Source: Candidatus Atelocyanobacterium thalassa isolate ALOHA (GTDB lineage: Bacteria > Cyanobacteriota > Cyanobacteriia > Cyanobacteriales > Microcystaceae). From it: a stretch of DNA of 32,000 nt. Made by a program: the position numbers and the translations under genes. Numbering within the stretch: the stretch's first letter is position 1; the number at the start of each line of letters is the position of its first letter. Below, in pieces: positions 8,881 to 17,860 of the stretch. The DNA lies in the NCBI RefSeq assembly GCF_000025125.1, contig NC_013771.1, positions 960,001-992,000 of the forward strand. The letters are read 5' to 3'. The notes under the pieces are model-generated. The model was not told the origin of the DNA. It saw only the letters and a list, made by a program, of their open reading frames with translations, and searched no databases.

Positions 8881-9804
8881 ATGTCTATATTTGATTGGTT
8901 TGCTAAACAAGAAAAATCAGGACCGCCCGTACAACAAGAACAATATAAAGAAAGAGAAATTGCCGATGGTCTGTGGACTAAATGCACTGAATGTGGAACA
9001 TTAACCTATACAAAAGACCTCAAGGCTAATCAACTTGTGTGTAAAGAATGTGGTTATCATTTTCGAATGGAAAGTTCAGAAAGGATTGTTCAACTAATTG
9101 ATAACAATACATGGAAGCCTTTGTCAGAAAAGCTTTCTCCGCTAGATCCTTTGAAATTTTGTGATCGAAAACCCTATAGCGATCGCATTAAAGATACTCA
9201 AGAAAAAACAGGATTAATAGATGCAGTTCAAACAGGAACAGGACTAATAGATGGACTACCTGTAGCACTCGGAGTTATGGATTTTCGCTTTATGGGAGGT
9301 AGCATGGGTTCTGTAGTAGGAGAAAAATTATGTCGACTTATAGAATATGCCACAAAAAAAAGATTTCCAGTAGTTATTTTTTGTGCTTCTGGTGGAGCTA
9401 GAATGCAGGAAGGAATGCTAAGTTTAATGCAAATGGCTAAAATTTCTGGAGCTTTGGAAAAACATCGAAATGCTAAGCTCCTCTACATTTCTGTATTAAC
9501 TCATCCTACAACAGGAGGAGTTACAGCGAGCTTTGCTATGCTAGGTGATATAATTCTTGCAGAACCCAATGCAACAATTGGTTTTGCGGGGAGAAGAGTT
9601 ATTGAACAAACTTTAAGAGAAAAACTACCTAATAAATTTCAGACTTCTGAGTATTTACTAAAACATGGATTTGTAGACTCTATTATTATTCGTACTCAAC
9701 AGAAAAAAATGCTATCTCAATTAATTAGCATACATCAGCCTTTCTTACCAGTACTCCCATTACTGAATAGAAATAGTGATTATCTTCTAGATAATGAACT
9801 ATAG
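8881..9804 (+). CDS. accD: acetyl-CoA carboxylase, carboxyltransferase beta subunit
   Basis: N-terminal C4 zinc finger [26 protein letters not shown]. Also [14 protein letters not shown] and [19 protein letters not shown]. Contains the only HIP1 octamer (GCGATCGC, 9179-9186) in the window. Confidence 0.93.
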   Translation: MSIFDWFAKQEKSGPPVQQEQYKEREIADGLWTKCTECGTLTYTKDLKANQLVCKECGYHFRMESSERIVQLIDNNTWKPLSEKLSPLDPLKFCDRKPYSDRIKDTQEKTGLIDAVQTGTGLIDGLPVALGVMDFRFMGGSMGSVVGEKLCRLIEYATKKRFPVVIFCASGGARMQEGMLSLMQMAKISGALEKHRNAKLLYISVLTHPTTGGVTASFAMLGDIILAEPNATIGFAGRRVIEQTLREKLPNKFQTSEYLLKHGFVDSIIIRTQQKKMLSQLISIHQPFLPVLPLLNRNSDYLLDNEL

Positions 9805-10433
9805 AAATAGTGAATTTTTAATAAAATACAAGTCACTAAAAAATATTGTCTTCACGTGCTTTATTTAGCAATAAAACATTTTTTCGCAAAAATTGTATAG
9901 CTCATATGACAACTATTGTTTTAATTGCTTTTATAAAAATTAAATTAGTTTTGATCACATCTTTCTAAGTTATCTATATCTAATAGTAACTATTCATATT
10001 GTTTGTTAAAAATTTTACTTTTTATGCAATTAGCCAAGTACTAGTTAATTTTAGATCAATAAGCTTTTCTAAAATTTTGTAAAACCTTCTTTTTAAAAGA
10101 AGAGAAATAAAAACTTGTAGATATATACATAAGTTACTTAATAATTATCCGCAAATATAAAATTGATGAATTAAGTATTATTAAACTTTATTTACTTTCT
10201 TAATTACTAGACACCACAAGATGTAAGATAAAAGCATAAATAAAAATTACAAAATTTACATTTTTGTTATCTAAAAATAAATTATTTTTTATCTCATACT
10301 TCAGGTTTATTTCTGATATAAAACTTGGGTATTAGTCACAGATTCTCATAGCTAATCGCAAGAGTCATAATGATTTTTATCATAGAAAATAAAGGGCATC
10401 GATTTTGTTAGAAGAATTCGAAAATAATTATTG

Positions 10434-12422
10434 ATGAGCAGGTCAAAATCGGTTTTAGCAAAACTGTTACAAATTTTTCCTCAGTTACAGCCTCAAATGT
10501 ACTTCAAGGCTTCCTTAACTGCTTTATCTCATGCAATGGAAGATCAGATACTTGCAGGAAAAGAGAAACCTTTAGTTATTGCGAGCTTTCAAAGAGAACG
10601 GTTTTATCGTCAAGAAGCTCAACGCTATCGACGTATCGCTAATAAAACTGATCAAGTATATGTTTTAGCTGCTCCAGAAAATGAATTTAAGAATAGTTCT
10701 CAGAATTACGAAACAATTGCTTTTCAGTCAACAGAAACTTTAAGCAAAGAATGGCATTTGATTGTTATAGGAATGGGCTATGTTAGCTGTCTTGTTTGTC
10801 AAGAAAAAGTCATATTAAACAATCAAACTATAAACCCAGTTATTGATAATAATCGACGTTTTGAAGGTATATGGACTTTTGACCGAAGAGTTGCTCAACA
10901 TGCAGCCGATATTCTCTTAAATATAATTGTTGACTATTGTCCAGAATTGAAAAATAAAATAGAACAAGCACGTCAAAAATATTTACCTCCTCCTGTTCTA
11001 AATCAAATAATTATTGAACAGAAAGACATAAAAAATAATACTGCGTGGAAGATAGAGAATGCAAATCCTGACCCATTTGTACAAAGATTAGTTACTTATC
11101 TACAAGCTGGTCACTATAAGTTAATTAAAGCTAATCGTTCACTAGCAGCAAAAGAACATAAAGAAAGATTGATTAACTCTATTACTACTGCTATTCGCTT
11201 ATCTCTTAATTCTGAAGAAATTCTACAAACTGCTGTCCAAAAGTTAGGGAAGGGATTAGGAATTTGTAGATGTCTAGTTTATCGTTGTAAAGAAACTGAT
11301 GATAAAGCTACTGTTGAGCATGAATTTCTTAATCAAGACATATTATCTATTAAAGAGCAAGTTTGGTTTCTCTATGATAATCCTTTATTTCAAGAAGTAA
11401 TTAAATTACAAGGGGCTTTAACTATTGATAACACTACTAACGATCCCCGTATTATTAATAGTCGTAAAGGAAAGAAAGAAACTCTACAAACTCTTGTTAA
11501 AAATTATTCAATTTTATCTTGGATGTTAGCCCCTATTCTATATCGAGGTCAACTCTTGGGTATGTTAGAGTTACACCATTGTGGTCCTAGGCCTATTTCT
11601 TGGAAAGAAGAAGATGTTACTTTTATAAATGCTATTACTACACAGATTGGTGTTGCTTTAATTCAAGCAGAAGCTTATGCTCACCTTCAAGATCTTAATG
11701 AACAACTTGAAGCGCTCGATTATACTCGTTCTAATTTAGTAGCCATTACAGGCCATGAGCTTCGGACTCCATTGTCAACAATTCAAGTTTGTTTAGAAAG
11801 TCTAACGTTAGAACCTGACATGTCTCTAGATTTGCGTCAGGTGATGTTAAATACTGCTTTGCAAGATGCTGAGAGAATGAGAAAATTAATACAAGATTTT
11901 TTAATTCTATCTAGACTTGAGAGTGGAAGAGTTGAGTTAAATACAGAAGTATTAAACTTAAACGAATGTTTAGAGTTATCACTTAGTAATATTAAAGCTC
12001 TTTATAGAGAAAAACAGATACCTAGGATTGAAACTAAAAGTTTTTTAAATAATAGATTACCTTTAGTAAAAGCCGATGGAGAATGGTTAGTAGAAGTTCT
12101 AGCAAAGTTACTAGACAATGCATGTAAATTTACTAGCAAAGAAGGAAAAATAACCATAGAAATTAATCAAAATAGTCCTCATTATTTAGAAGTGACCATA
12201 GCAGATACTGGAAGAGGTATCGAAACCAAGAAATTAGAGACAATTTTTGATAGGTTTTATCAAGAAGAAGGAGCTTTAAGACGTAGTATCGGAGGAACAG
12301 GCTTGGGCTTAGCAATTTGTCGTCAAATAGTTCAAGGTTGGGATGGAGAAATTTGGGCAGAGTCTAAAGGTAAAGAACATGGTAGTCAGTTTCACTTTAC
12401 AGTCCCCATACATTTGACATAA
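10434..12422 (+). CDS. sensor histidine kinase, N-terminal DICT-like domain + GAF + HisKA + HATPase_c
   Basis: H-box ITGHELRTPLSTI, N-box LLDNACKFT, G1 IADTGRGI, F FDRFYQ and G2 GGTGLGLAICRQIV. The central GAF-like region is about residues 250-410. The N-terminal region (LSHAMEDQIL...VIASFQRERFYRQEAQRYRRIA...VYVLAAP) resembles the DICT domain. The ATG at 10434 immediately follows the track's TTG at 10431. Confidence 0.85.
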   Translation: MSRSKSVLAKLLQIFPQLQPQMYFKASLTALSHAMEDQILAGKEKPLVIASFQRERFYRQEAQRYRRIANKTDQVYVLAAPENEFKNSSQNYETIAFQSTETLSKEWHLIVIGMGYVSCLVCQEKVILNNQTINPVIDNNRRFEGIWTFDRRVAQHAADILLNIIVDYCPELKNKIEQARQKYLPPPVLNQIIIEQKDIKNNTAWKIENANPDPFVQRLVTYLQAGHYKLIKANRSLAAKEHKERLINSITTAIRLSLNSEEILQTAVQKLGKGLGICRCLVYRCKETDDKATVEHEFLNQDILSIKEQVWFLYDNPLFQEVIKLQGALTIDNTTNDPRIINSRKGKKETLQTLVKNYSILSWMLAPILYRGQLLGMLELHHCGPRPISWKEEDVTFINAITTQIGVALIQAEAYAHLQDLNEQLEALDYTRSNLVAITGHELRTPLSTIQVCLESLTLEPDMSLDLRQVMLNTALQDAERMRKLIQDFLILSRLESGRVELNTEVLNLNECLELSLSNIKALYREKQIPRIETKSFLNNRLPLVKADGEWLVEVLAKLLDNACKFTSKEGKITIEINQNSPHYLEVTIADTGRGIETKKLETIFDRFYQEEGALRRSIGGTGLGLAICRQIVQGWDGEIWAESKGKEHGSQFHFTVPIHLT

Positions 12423-12476
12423 CTTAATAATATTAAAAAATACAATTAATTTTTAGTTTATTTTGAAACTAAAAGC

Positions 12477-12505
12477 TTGAAATAAAAAAGACAGTGTGTT
12501 ACGAT
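12477..12505 (+). promoter_or_regulatory. candidate sigma-70-type promoter for tRNA-Leu (TTGAAA - 17 nt - TACGAT)
   Basis: TTGAAA at 12477-12482, a 17-nt spacer, then TACGAT at 12500-12505. The tRNA starts 15 nt after the -10 element. Confidence 0.35.
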
Positions 12506-12520
12506 ACTATCTGGTATAAA

Positions 12521-12601
12521 GCGGACGTGGCGGAATTGGTAGACGCGCTAGATTTAGGTTCTAGTGTCCTTGGCGTGAGAGTTCGAGTCTCTCCGTCCGC
12601 A
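12521..12601 (+). tRNA. trnL: tRNA-Leu (anticodon UAG), class II with long variable arm, no intron, no encoded CCA
   Basis: GCGGACGTGGCGGAATTGGTAGACGCGCTAGATTTAGGTTCTAGTGTCCTTGGCGTGAGAGTTCGAGTCTCTCCGTCCGCA. Acceptor stem GCGGACG/CGTCCGC, anticodon stem CTAGA/TCTAG with loop TTTAGGT, and T-arm GAGAG-TTCGAGT-CTCTC. Confidence 0.92.
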
Positions 12602-12620
12602 TAATCGAAATCACTAGTAA

Positions 12621-14381
12621 TTATTCTTCTTCATTAAAATCATTAATAGATAATTTTTCTATATTCCAGAATGCTCCTCTTAGTGAAGAGTAGTTAATAT
12701 CTACAAAACGATTTTTAACTGCCGCAAAAGAATAAGGATTGACTAAATAAATAAACGGTAAATTTTCTGAGACTACTTCTTGTGCTTCTGCGTAAATTTT
12801 TTCTCTTTTTTCAAGAGAAAGTTCTTGAGAGCCAGCCACGTATAAATCTTCTATTCTTTTCTCCCATTCTGATACTGTCCTCCCAGTCAATGACTTTGAA
12901 TTAGATTGTAATTCTTGATTAAACATATGGAGATTTCCATCTGTATACCAAACATTGGGGGAATGTGGTTCATTTCCTCCCGTAAATCCGATAATATTAG
13001 CTTCCCAATCCAAAGAGTTACTTAATTTATCTATTAATACATTAAAAGCAAGAGGGCTAAAATTAACCTTTATCCCTAATTCTCTTAAATCCTCTTTAAT
13101 TTGTGCACCGATAGCTTCACGAACTTTATTTCCTGCATTAGTTATTAAATTAAATTCTACATAGTTACCATTTTTATCTAGTAAATTAGAATCTTTATCA
13201 TATTTAAAACCTTCTTTTCGTAATAATTCTCTAGATTTCTCGATATCATAATCGTAACCTTTGATTGTTTCATCATAATAAGGAGATTGTATAGAAATCT
13301 GAGTATCTTGAAAACTTCCTAAGCCTCTATAAATATTATTTATTATTCGAGTTCTATTAATTCCGTAAGCAATGGCTTTTCTGAAATTTTTGTTATTAAA
13401 CCAGCTTGATTTAATAGGATCTACCAAAGACTTTCCATCCCTTTTACCTTCATTAAGATTAAAAGACATAAAGTTAGTCCCATATGAAGGTCCTCCATTA
13501 TAAATAGTGAAATTATTACGTTTTTCTTCTCTTTTCAAGAGAGAAAAATACTCTGGGGTAACACTAATGGAGTCTAAACTTCCAGATCTAAATTGTAACA
13601 ATGCCGTATCAGTAGATTCTACAATTTCCCAAATAACATTCTCAATATTAGGCAATTGTGATCCTTTAGAATCTTTTTTCCAATAATAGGGATTTCTCTC
13701 AAAAATAATTCGCTGACTAGTGATATATTTTTTAATCTTAAAAGGACCATTAACAATAATATCTTCAGGAGAAGTATCAGTTCCCCAAGTCGATAAAAAT
13801 TTGGGATTCCCCTTATCATCAATATTCTGCACGCTTTTAAGTAAGACGTGAGCAGGTAGTATAGGAAGTTGAGCGTTATCTAAGAAAGGGGCGAATGGTT
13901 CAGAGATTTTAAATTCAATACGTTGCTGATCAATTTTTCTTATGATTGGTAATTTTCCACTCTTTCCTACCCTGAAATTGTCTCGATAGTTATTAGGAAT
14001 TTTTTTATTAAGATATAAATTATTATAAGTAAAAATAATATCATCCACAGTCAAATCTTCACCATCAGACCATTTAAGATTTTTCCTTAAGGTAAATATA
14101 ATATTTAATTTATCATCAGAGATTTTCCAGGACTCTGCAAGTGCTGGTTCTTTTTTCCCAGTAATAGGATTTTCTGTAATTAACCCTTCATAGGTTAATG
14201 AAAAAATATTTGGAGATTCCTGAGATAAAATAGCGTTAAAAGTTTTAGGATCACTTAAAACAGATAAAACGACTTGATTCTTGTTAGTGTTTGTAACACA
14301 AGCATTGAGCTGTAATAAACATATACTGACTAAAACGATCAATAACCAACGCAGAAAAATAATATATTTTTTCTTGTACAT
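12621..14381 (-). CDS. ABC transporter substrate-binding lipoprotein, family 5 (peptide/nickel, OppA/DppA-like)
   Basis: 586 aa. The signal peptide has a lipobox-like LQLNAC. Length and sequence character (..WSDGEDLTVDDIIFTY.., ..FERNPYYWKKD..) are typical of SBP_bac_5 proteins. Confidence 0.85.
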   Translation of the reverse strand: MYKKKYIIFLRWLLIVLVSICLLQLNACVTNTNKNQVVLSVLSDPKTFNAILSQESPNIFSLTYEGLITENPITGKKEPALAESWKISDDKLNIIFTLRKNLKWSDGEDLTVDDIIFTYNNLYLNKKIPNNYRDNFRVGKSGKLPIIRKIDQQRIEFKISEPFAPFLDNAQLPILPAHVLLKSVQNIDDKGNPKFLSTWGTDTSPEDIIVNGPFKIKKYITSQRIIFERNPYYWKKDSKGSQLPNIENVIWEIVESTDTALLQFRSGSLDSISVTPEYFSLLKREEKRNNFTIYNGGPSYGTNFMSFNLNEGKRDGKSLVDPIKSSWFNNKNFRKAIAYGINRTRIINNIYRGLGSFQDTQISIQSPYYDETIKGYDYDIEKSRELLRKEGFKYDKDSNLLDKNGNYVEFNLITNAGNKVREAIGAQIKEDLRELGIKVNFSPLAFNVLIDKLSNSLDWEANIIGFTGGNEPHSPNVWYTDGNLHMFNQELQSNSKSLTGRTVSEWEKRIEDLYVAGSQELSLEKREKIYAEAQEVVSENLPFIYLVNPYSFAAVKNRFVDINYSSLRGAFWNIEKLSINDFNEEE

Positions 14382-14497
14382 TCTACTTAAGTGCTTGATT
14401 AAGAATATTATCTAGAATATTAATAAAATAAAGTTATGTAAATACAATAAAAAAATATATTTTTAAATAAGATTTCTTTTTATATAACTTTATTTTA

Positions 14498-15523
14498 TTA
14501 ATATCTAATACGAGGATCAATATAGGCATTGAGTAAGTCAACTAAAATACTTACTGAAACTACAATCACAGAAAAAAAGACCATAATTCCCTGAACTGTT
14601 GCGTAATCTCTTGCAGCTATTGCTTGATATAAGCTATTACCTAGTCCAGGCCAAGAAAAAGTCACTTCAGTTAAAACTGCACCACCTAATAAAGAAGAAA
14701 AAATTAGACCTAGAATAGTAACAACTGGGATAAGAGCATTCTTAAAAGCATAGACAAATAAAATTCTATATACAGGTATGCCACGAGCTTTTGCAGCTTC
14801 AACATATTTAGCCTTAAGAGTATGCTTAAGGTTCAACCTGACTATCCTTTCAAAGATACCACTTAGTAATAATCCTAAAGTGATACAAGGCAATATTAGG
14901 TGATAAATAGAAGTAAAAAATTGATAGACATCGCCATTTAGAATACTGTCTAAAGTATAAATTCCTGTTATTTTGCTAGGAGAGATTTTATCTACTGGAA
15001 AGCGAGTTCCGAGAGGAAGTAGCTTTAGTTGTACTGCAAAGATTAACTGAAAAACCATCCCTACCCAAAAAATTGGTAATGAATAAGATATTATTCCGAA
15101 TAATCGACTAACTAGATCTACTGTAGTATTAGGATTTAATGCTGATATGATTCCTGCGGTTACACCAAGAATTATTGCCACAATCATACTATATAGTGTT
15201 AATTCAGCAGTAGCAGGGAAATGCTCCTTAATTATTTCCCATACAGGCTGTCCTTGGTTAACAATAGAAGTTCCTAAATTTAAAAGTAAAAGTTGGCCTA
15301 AATAATTTAAGTATTGTAGCCAGAGCGGCTGGTTTAATCCTAAAGTTTCTCTTAAGTTTTCTTTAGCAAATTCTGGAGCACGATTTCCTAAAATTGCATC
15401 AACTGGATCTCCTGTTGCTATTCTTAAAAGCAAAAATACTAGAGTGACTATTGTCCATATCATTAAAGGGGCAAGAAGTAAGCGAACAAGAACATAGTTT
15501 TGTATTGCTTTAAGACGAGACAT
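14498..15523 (-). CDS. ABC transporter permease, DppB/OppB-type
   Basis: 341 aa and polytopic. N-terminal YVLVRLLLAPLMIWTIVTLVFLLLR...GDPV is typical of DppB/OppB. EAA-loop region YVEAAKARGIPVYRILFVYAFKNALIPVVT. Confidence 0.88.
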   Translation of the reverse strand: MSRLKAIQNYVLVRLLLAPLMIWTIVTLVFLLLRIATGDPVDAILGNRAPEFAKENLRETLGLNQPLWLQYLNYLGQLLLLNLGTSIVNQGQPVWEIIKEHFPATAELTLYSMIVAIILGVTAGIISALNPNTTVDLVSRLFGIISYSLPIFWVGMVFQLIFAVQLKLLPLGTRFPVDKISPSKITGIYTLDSILNGDVYQFFTSIYHLILPCITLGLLLSGIFERIVRLNLKHTLKAKYVEAAKARGIPVYRILFVYAFKNALIPVVTILGLIFSSLLGGAVLTEVTFSWPGLGNSLYQAIAARDYATVQGIMVFFSVIVVSVSILVDLLNAYIDPRIRY

Positions 15524-16053
15524 TGCAGTAAATAATAGCAGGTATATTATGTATATTTTAAAGGCTTTAGTTTAATTTAGTCACTATTTAAAATGCTTAA
15601 GCTTTTTATTAATCAAGTTTAAAATGAAGAATCTAATTTTTATTTTTTTAATCAATATAGATTCAAATATTTTCTATAAAAATAATTAAACTATATACAA
15701 CTCATACAAAATATATTTATTTACCTATAAAATCTTTAAAAAATATAGTGGTAATAGATAATAAATATAAATTTCGCATCTGAGATTGAGGAGATTAAAT
15801 ACATAATAAAAACTCATTTCATACACTATTTTATAAAGAATTTATTAGAACATCTTAAGTGAAAAACTAAAGACCAAAAGATAATCTAAGTTTTTGAATA
15901 CTCATTAATAAATATATGAAGTTAAAGTAAATACTATAACTTTAAGTATGTCTGGTCTTTTATTTAATCTTAAATGAAGAAATTGACAAAAACAGTTAAA
16001 ATATAAGACTAGTTTAAGATCTAGAGCAAGAAATTCACCTTTCGGTATGCTCC

Positions 16054-17187
16054 ATGGCAGCATTTTTCAATAATAACTTTAAAGTTTTAATTCGTCCTTT
16101 AAAATATCAGGATCTTGATTGGCTAGAGACCCTAGATATTGAAACAATTCAAGTTCAACCAAGTTTAGGTTATATTTCTTTTCGAGAGGAATTAAAACAA
16201 ACCAGATACTGGTTTAGATTAATAGAAATGTTTAATCAGTTTCCTAATTCTTTTAGAAACTACCGTAAAGTTTATATTGCAGAGTTACTGAGCATTTCTG
16301 GTGATCCAATATTAAAAGGATTTATTCACATCTCTCCTTTCAATATAAATTTAAGTACCTGGCGTATTGAAAGAATTATAGTTGTTTCAGATAAAAAACA
16401 ATATGAAAAATTGAGCAATCCGAAAGAACTTGGAGCTCAATTATTACGCTACTGCCTAGGGATTATATGTGAGGCACGAACCTGGATTCTAGAAGTTGAT
16501 ATTAATAAAAATGACTTCTTGGCTTTATATCGTCAAAATGGTTTTCAGCCTTTAGCTAAACTTACTTATTGGGTACTAGATTCAGAACTACTATGGACTT
16601 TGTCACAAAAAAAAATAAATATCCCTAACCTCATGCCTGTTAGTAACTCTGATGCACATTTACTATGTCAATTAGATTGTGTATCTATGCCTCCTTTGTT
16701 ACGTCAAGTTTTTGATCGTAATTCTGAAGATTTTAAACAATCTTTATTGGTATCAATATTTACAAAATGGCAACAGTGGTTCTTTAATAAGGAAATAGCC
16801 AAAGGTTATGTTTTTGAACCTCAACGAAAGATAGCAATTGGTTATTTTAAATTAGTTTTATCGAAAGATAATTCTCAATCACACCAAGCATACCTAACAA
16901 TTCATCCTGCTTATGCTTGGCTTTATCCAAAGTTATTAGTGCAAGTAGCACAAATTGCCCAAAAATATCCTAATCAAAATTTAGAAATTGTATCAGCAGA
17001 TTATCAACATGAAAGGGAAACTTATCTAAATGAACTTGGAGTAAATCGTACTAAGAGTACTTTATTAATGTCACGTTCTGTATGGCATAAGTTGAAAGAA
17101 GTTAAGACCAACGAACTTTATTTATCTGAAATGTTGCAAGGATTACATGTAAACCGGAGGAATCCTATTCCTGACAGATTTTTTTAA
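16054..17187 (+). CDS. conserved hypothetical protein with GNAT (N-acetyltransferase)-like fold, possibly tandem GNAT
   Basis: 377-aa ORF. ..IERIIVVSD...PKELGAQLLRYCL...FLALYRQNGFQPL.. resembles GNAT motifs A/B. The acetyl-CoA loop consensus is imperfect. Confidence 0.5.
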   Translation: MAAFFNNNFKVLIRPLKYQDLDWLETLDIETIQVQPSLGYISFREELKQTRYWFRLIEMFNQFPNSFRNYRKVYIAELLSISGDPILKGFIHISPFNINLSTWRIERIIVVSDKKQYEKLSNPKELGAQLLRYCLGIICEARTWILEVDINKNDFLALYRQNGFQPLAKLTYWVLDSELLWTLSQKKINIPNLMPVSNSDAHLLCQLDCVSMPPLLRQVFDRNSEDFKQSLLVSIFTKWQQWFFNKEIAKGYVFEPQRKIAIGYFKLVLSKDNSQSHQAYLTIHPAYAWLYPKLLVQVAQIAQKYPNQNLEIVSADYQHERETYLNELGVNRTKSTLLMSRSVWHKLKEVKTNELYLSEMLQGLHVNRRNPIPDRFF

Positions 17188-17369
17188 ACTAAAATATTAA
17201 TAAAGTTTGTCAAAAAGTTTATTATTAACTGTTCATATTTATACAAAGTAATCTAATAGTGAAATTTAAATATGGGGAAAATTTACATAACATTATATTT
17301 AAAGAAAAATATTACATATTATGTAAATCTTGTTGAATTATTGAGATAATATAAAGTCCTAATATTATT

Positions 17370-17732
17370 TTGGTGTTGAAATTTATTGTGTCTCAACTTA
17401 CTCTTAATTTGGCTCAAGGATCTATAAAGTTTAATTTTCCTTTTGAAGCTGCACAAGCTTTAAAGGTAGAGATTGATAATTTAATGCAAAAGCTAAAAAT
17501 AGTTGCATCTAAAATTAATAATGGAGAACAAAAAAAAGCAGAAGAATCCTTAGACTATCAGTATATAGGAGAAGTATTTATAGAAATTTTTTGCAATCCA
17601 AACATTTATCCTACCCCATTTGCCGCGAAAGTATTACTTACTATTCGAGATGACAAAATTCGTTTTAGTACAGAAACAGAATTGACTCGAATTGTTGATG
17701 ATTTAAGACAATATTTTGAACAATTGAATTAA
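17370..17732 (+). CDS. hypothetical protein (about 115-120 aa), start codon uncertain
   Basis: Open frame with no ATG near the 5' end. Candidate starts are TTG 17370, GTG 17373 and GTG 17388 (MSQLTLNLAQGS...). No motif recognised. A strong hairpin begins at its stop codon. Confidence 0.45.
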   Translation: MVLKFIVSQLTLNLAQGSIKFNFPFEAAQALKVEIDNLMQKLKIVASKINNGEQKKAEESLDYQYIGEVFIEIFCNPNIYPTPFAAKVLLTIRDDKIRFSTETELTRIVDDLRQYFEQLN

Positions 17733-17779
17733 TTAATAATATGGGTAACCAATGATATGGTCTACCCATATTATTAGTT
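17731..17779. terminator. bidirectional intrinsic-terminator-like hairpin between convergent genes
   Basis: AATAATATGGGTA (17735-17747) and TACCCATATTATT (17763-17775) form a perfect 13-bp stem. The stem is extendable outward by 4 more pairs and inward by 4 bp with a one-nt bulge. It is followed by AGTTAATTTTTTT on the plus strand. Confidence 0.5.
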
Positions 17780-17860
17780 AATTTTTTTAGCAATAATAGT
17801 TAACTAATTATTATTTTTGATATCAAGTAGAATAATATTTGGACCTGATTTAGTGATAAC

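Noticed and set aside
12451-12474. 9-bp hairpin TTTTAGTTT/AAACTAAAA after the DICT-GAF kinase as a terminator
   Set aside because: It has only one G-C pair and no trailing T-run, so it is too weak to call as a feature.
12955-13164. 69-aa plus-strand ORF, and the 67-aa minus-strand ORF at 13619-13822, inside the substrate-binding protein gene
   Set aside because: Both are fully nested in a 586-aa SBP ORF with clear family character, one antisense and one in an alternative frame.
17230-17245. TGTT-N8-TACA near-NtcA box upstream of the 120-aa ORF
   Set aside because: It mismatches an invariant GTA position, and relaxed matches are frequent in AT-rich DNA.
17270-17281. 12-mer ATATGGGGAAAA also present at 29917-29928
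   Set aside because: It is too short and the flanks are unrelated, so it is compatible with chance.
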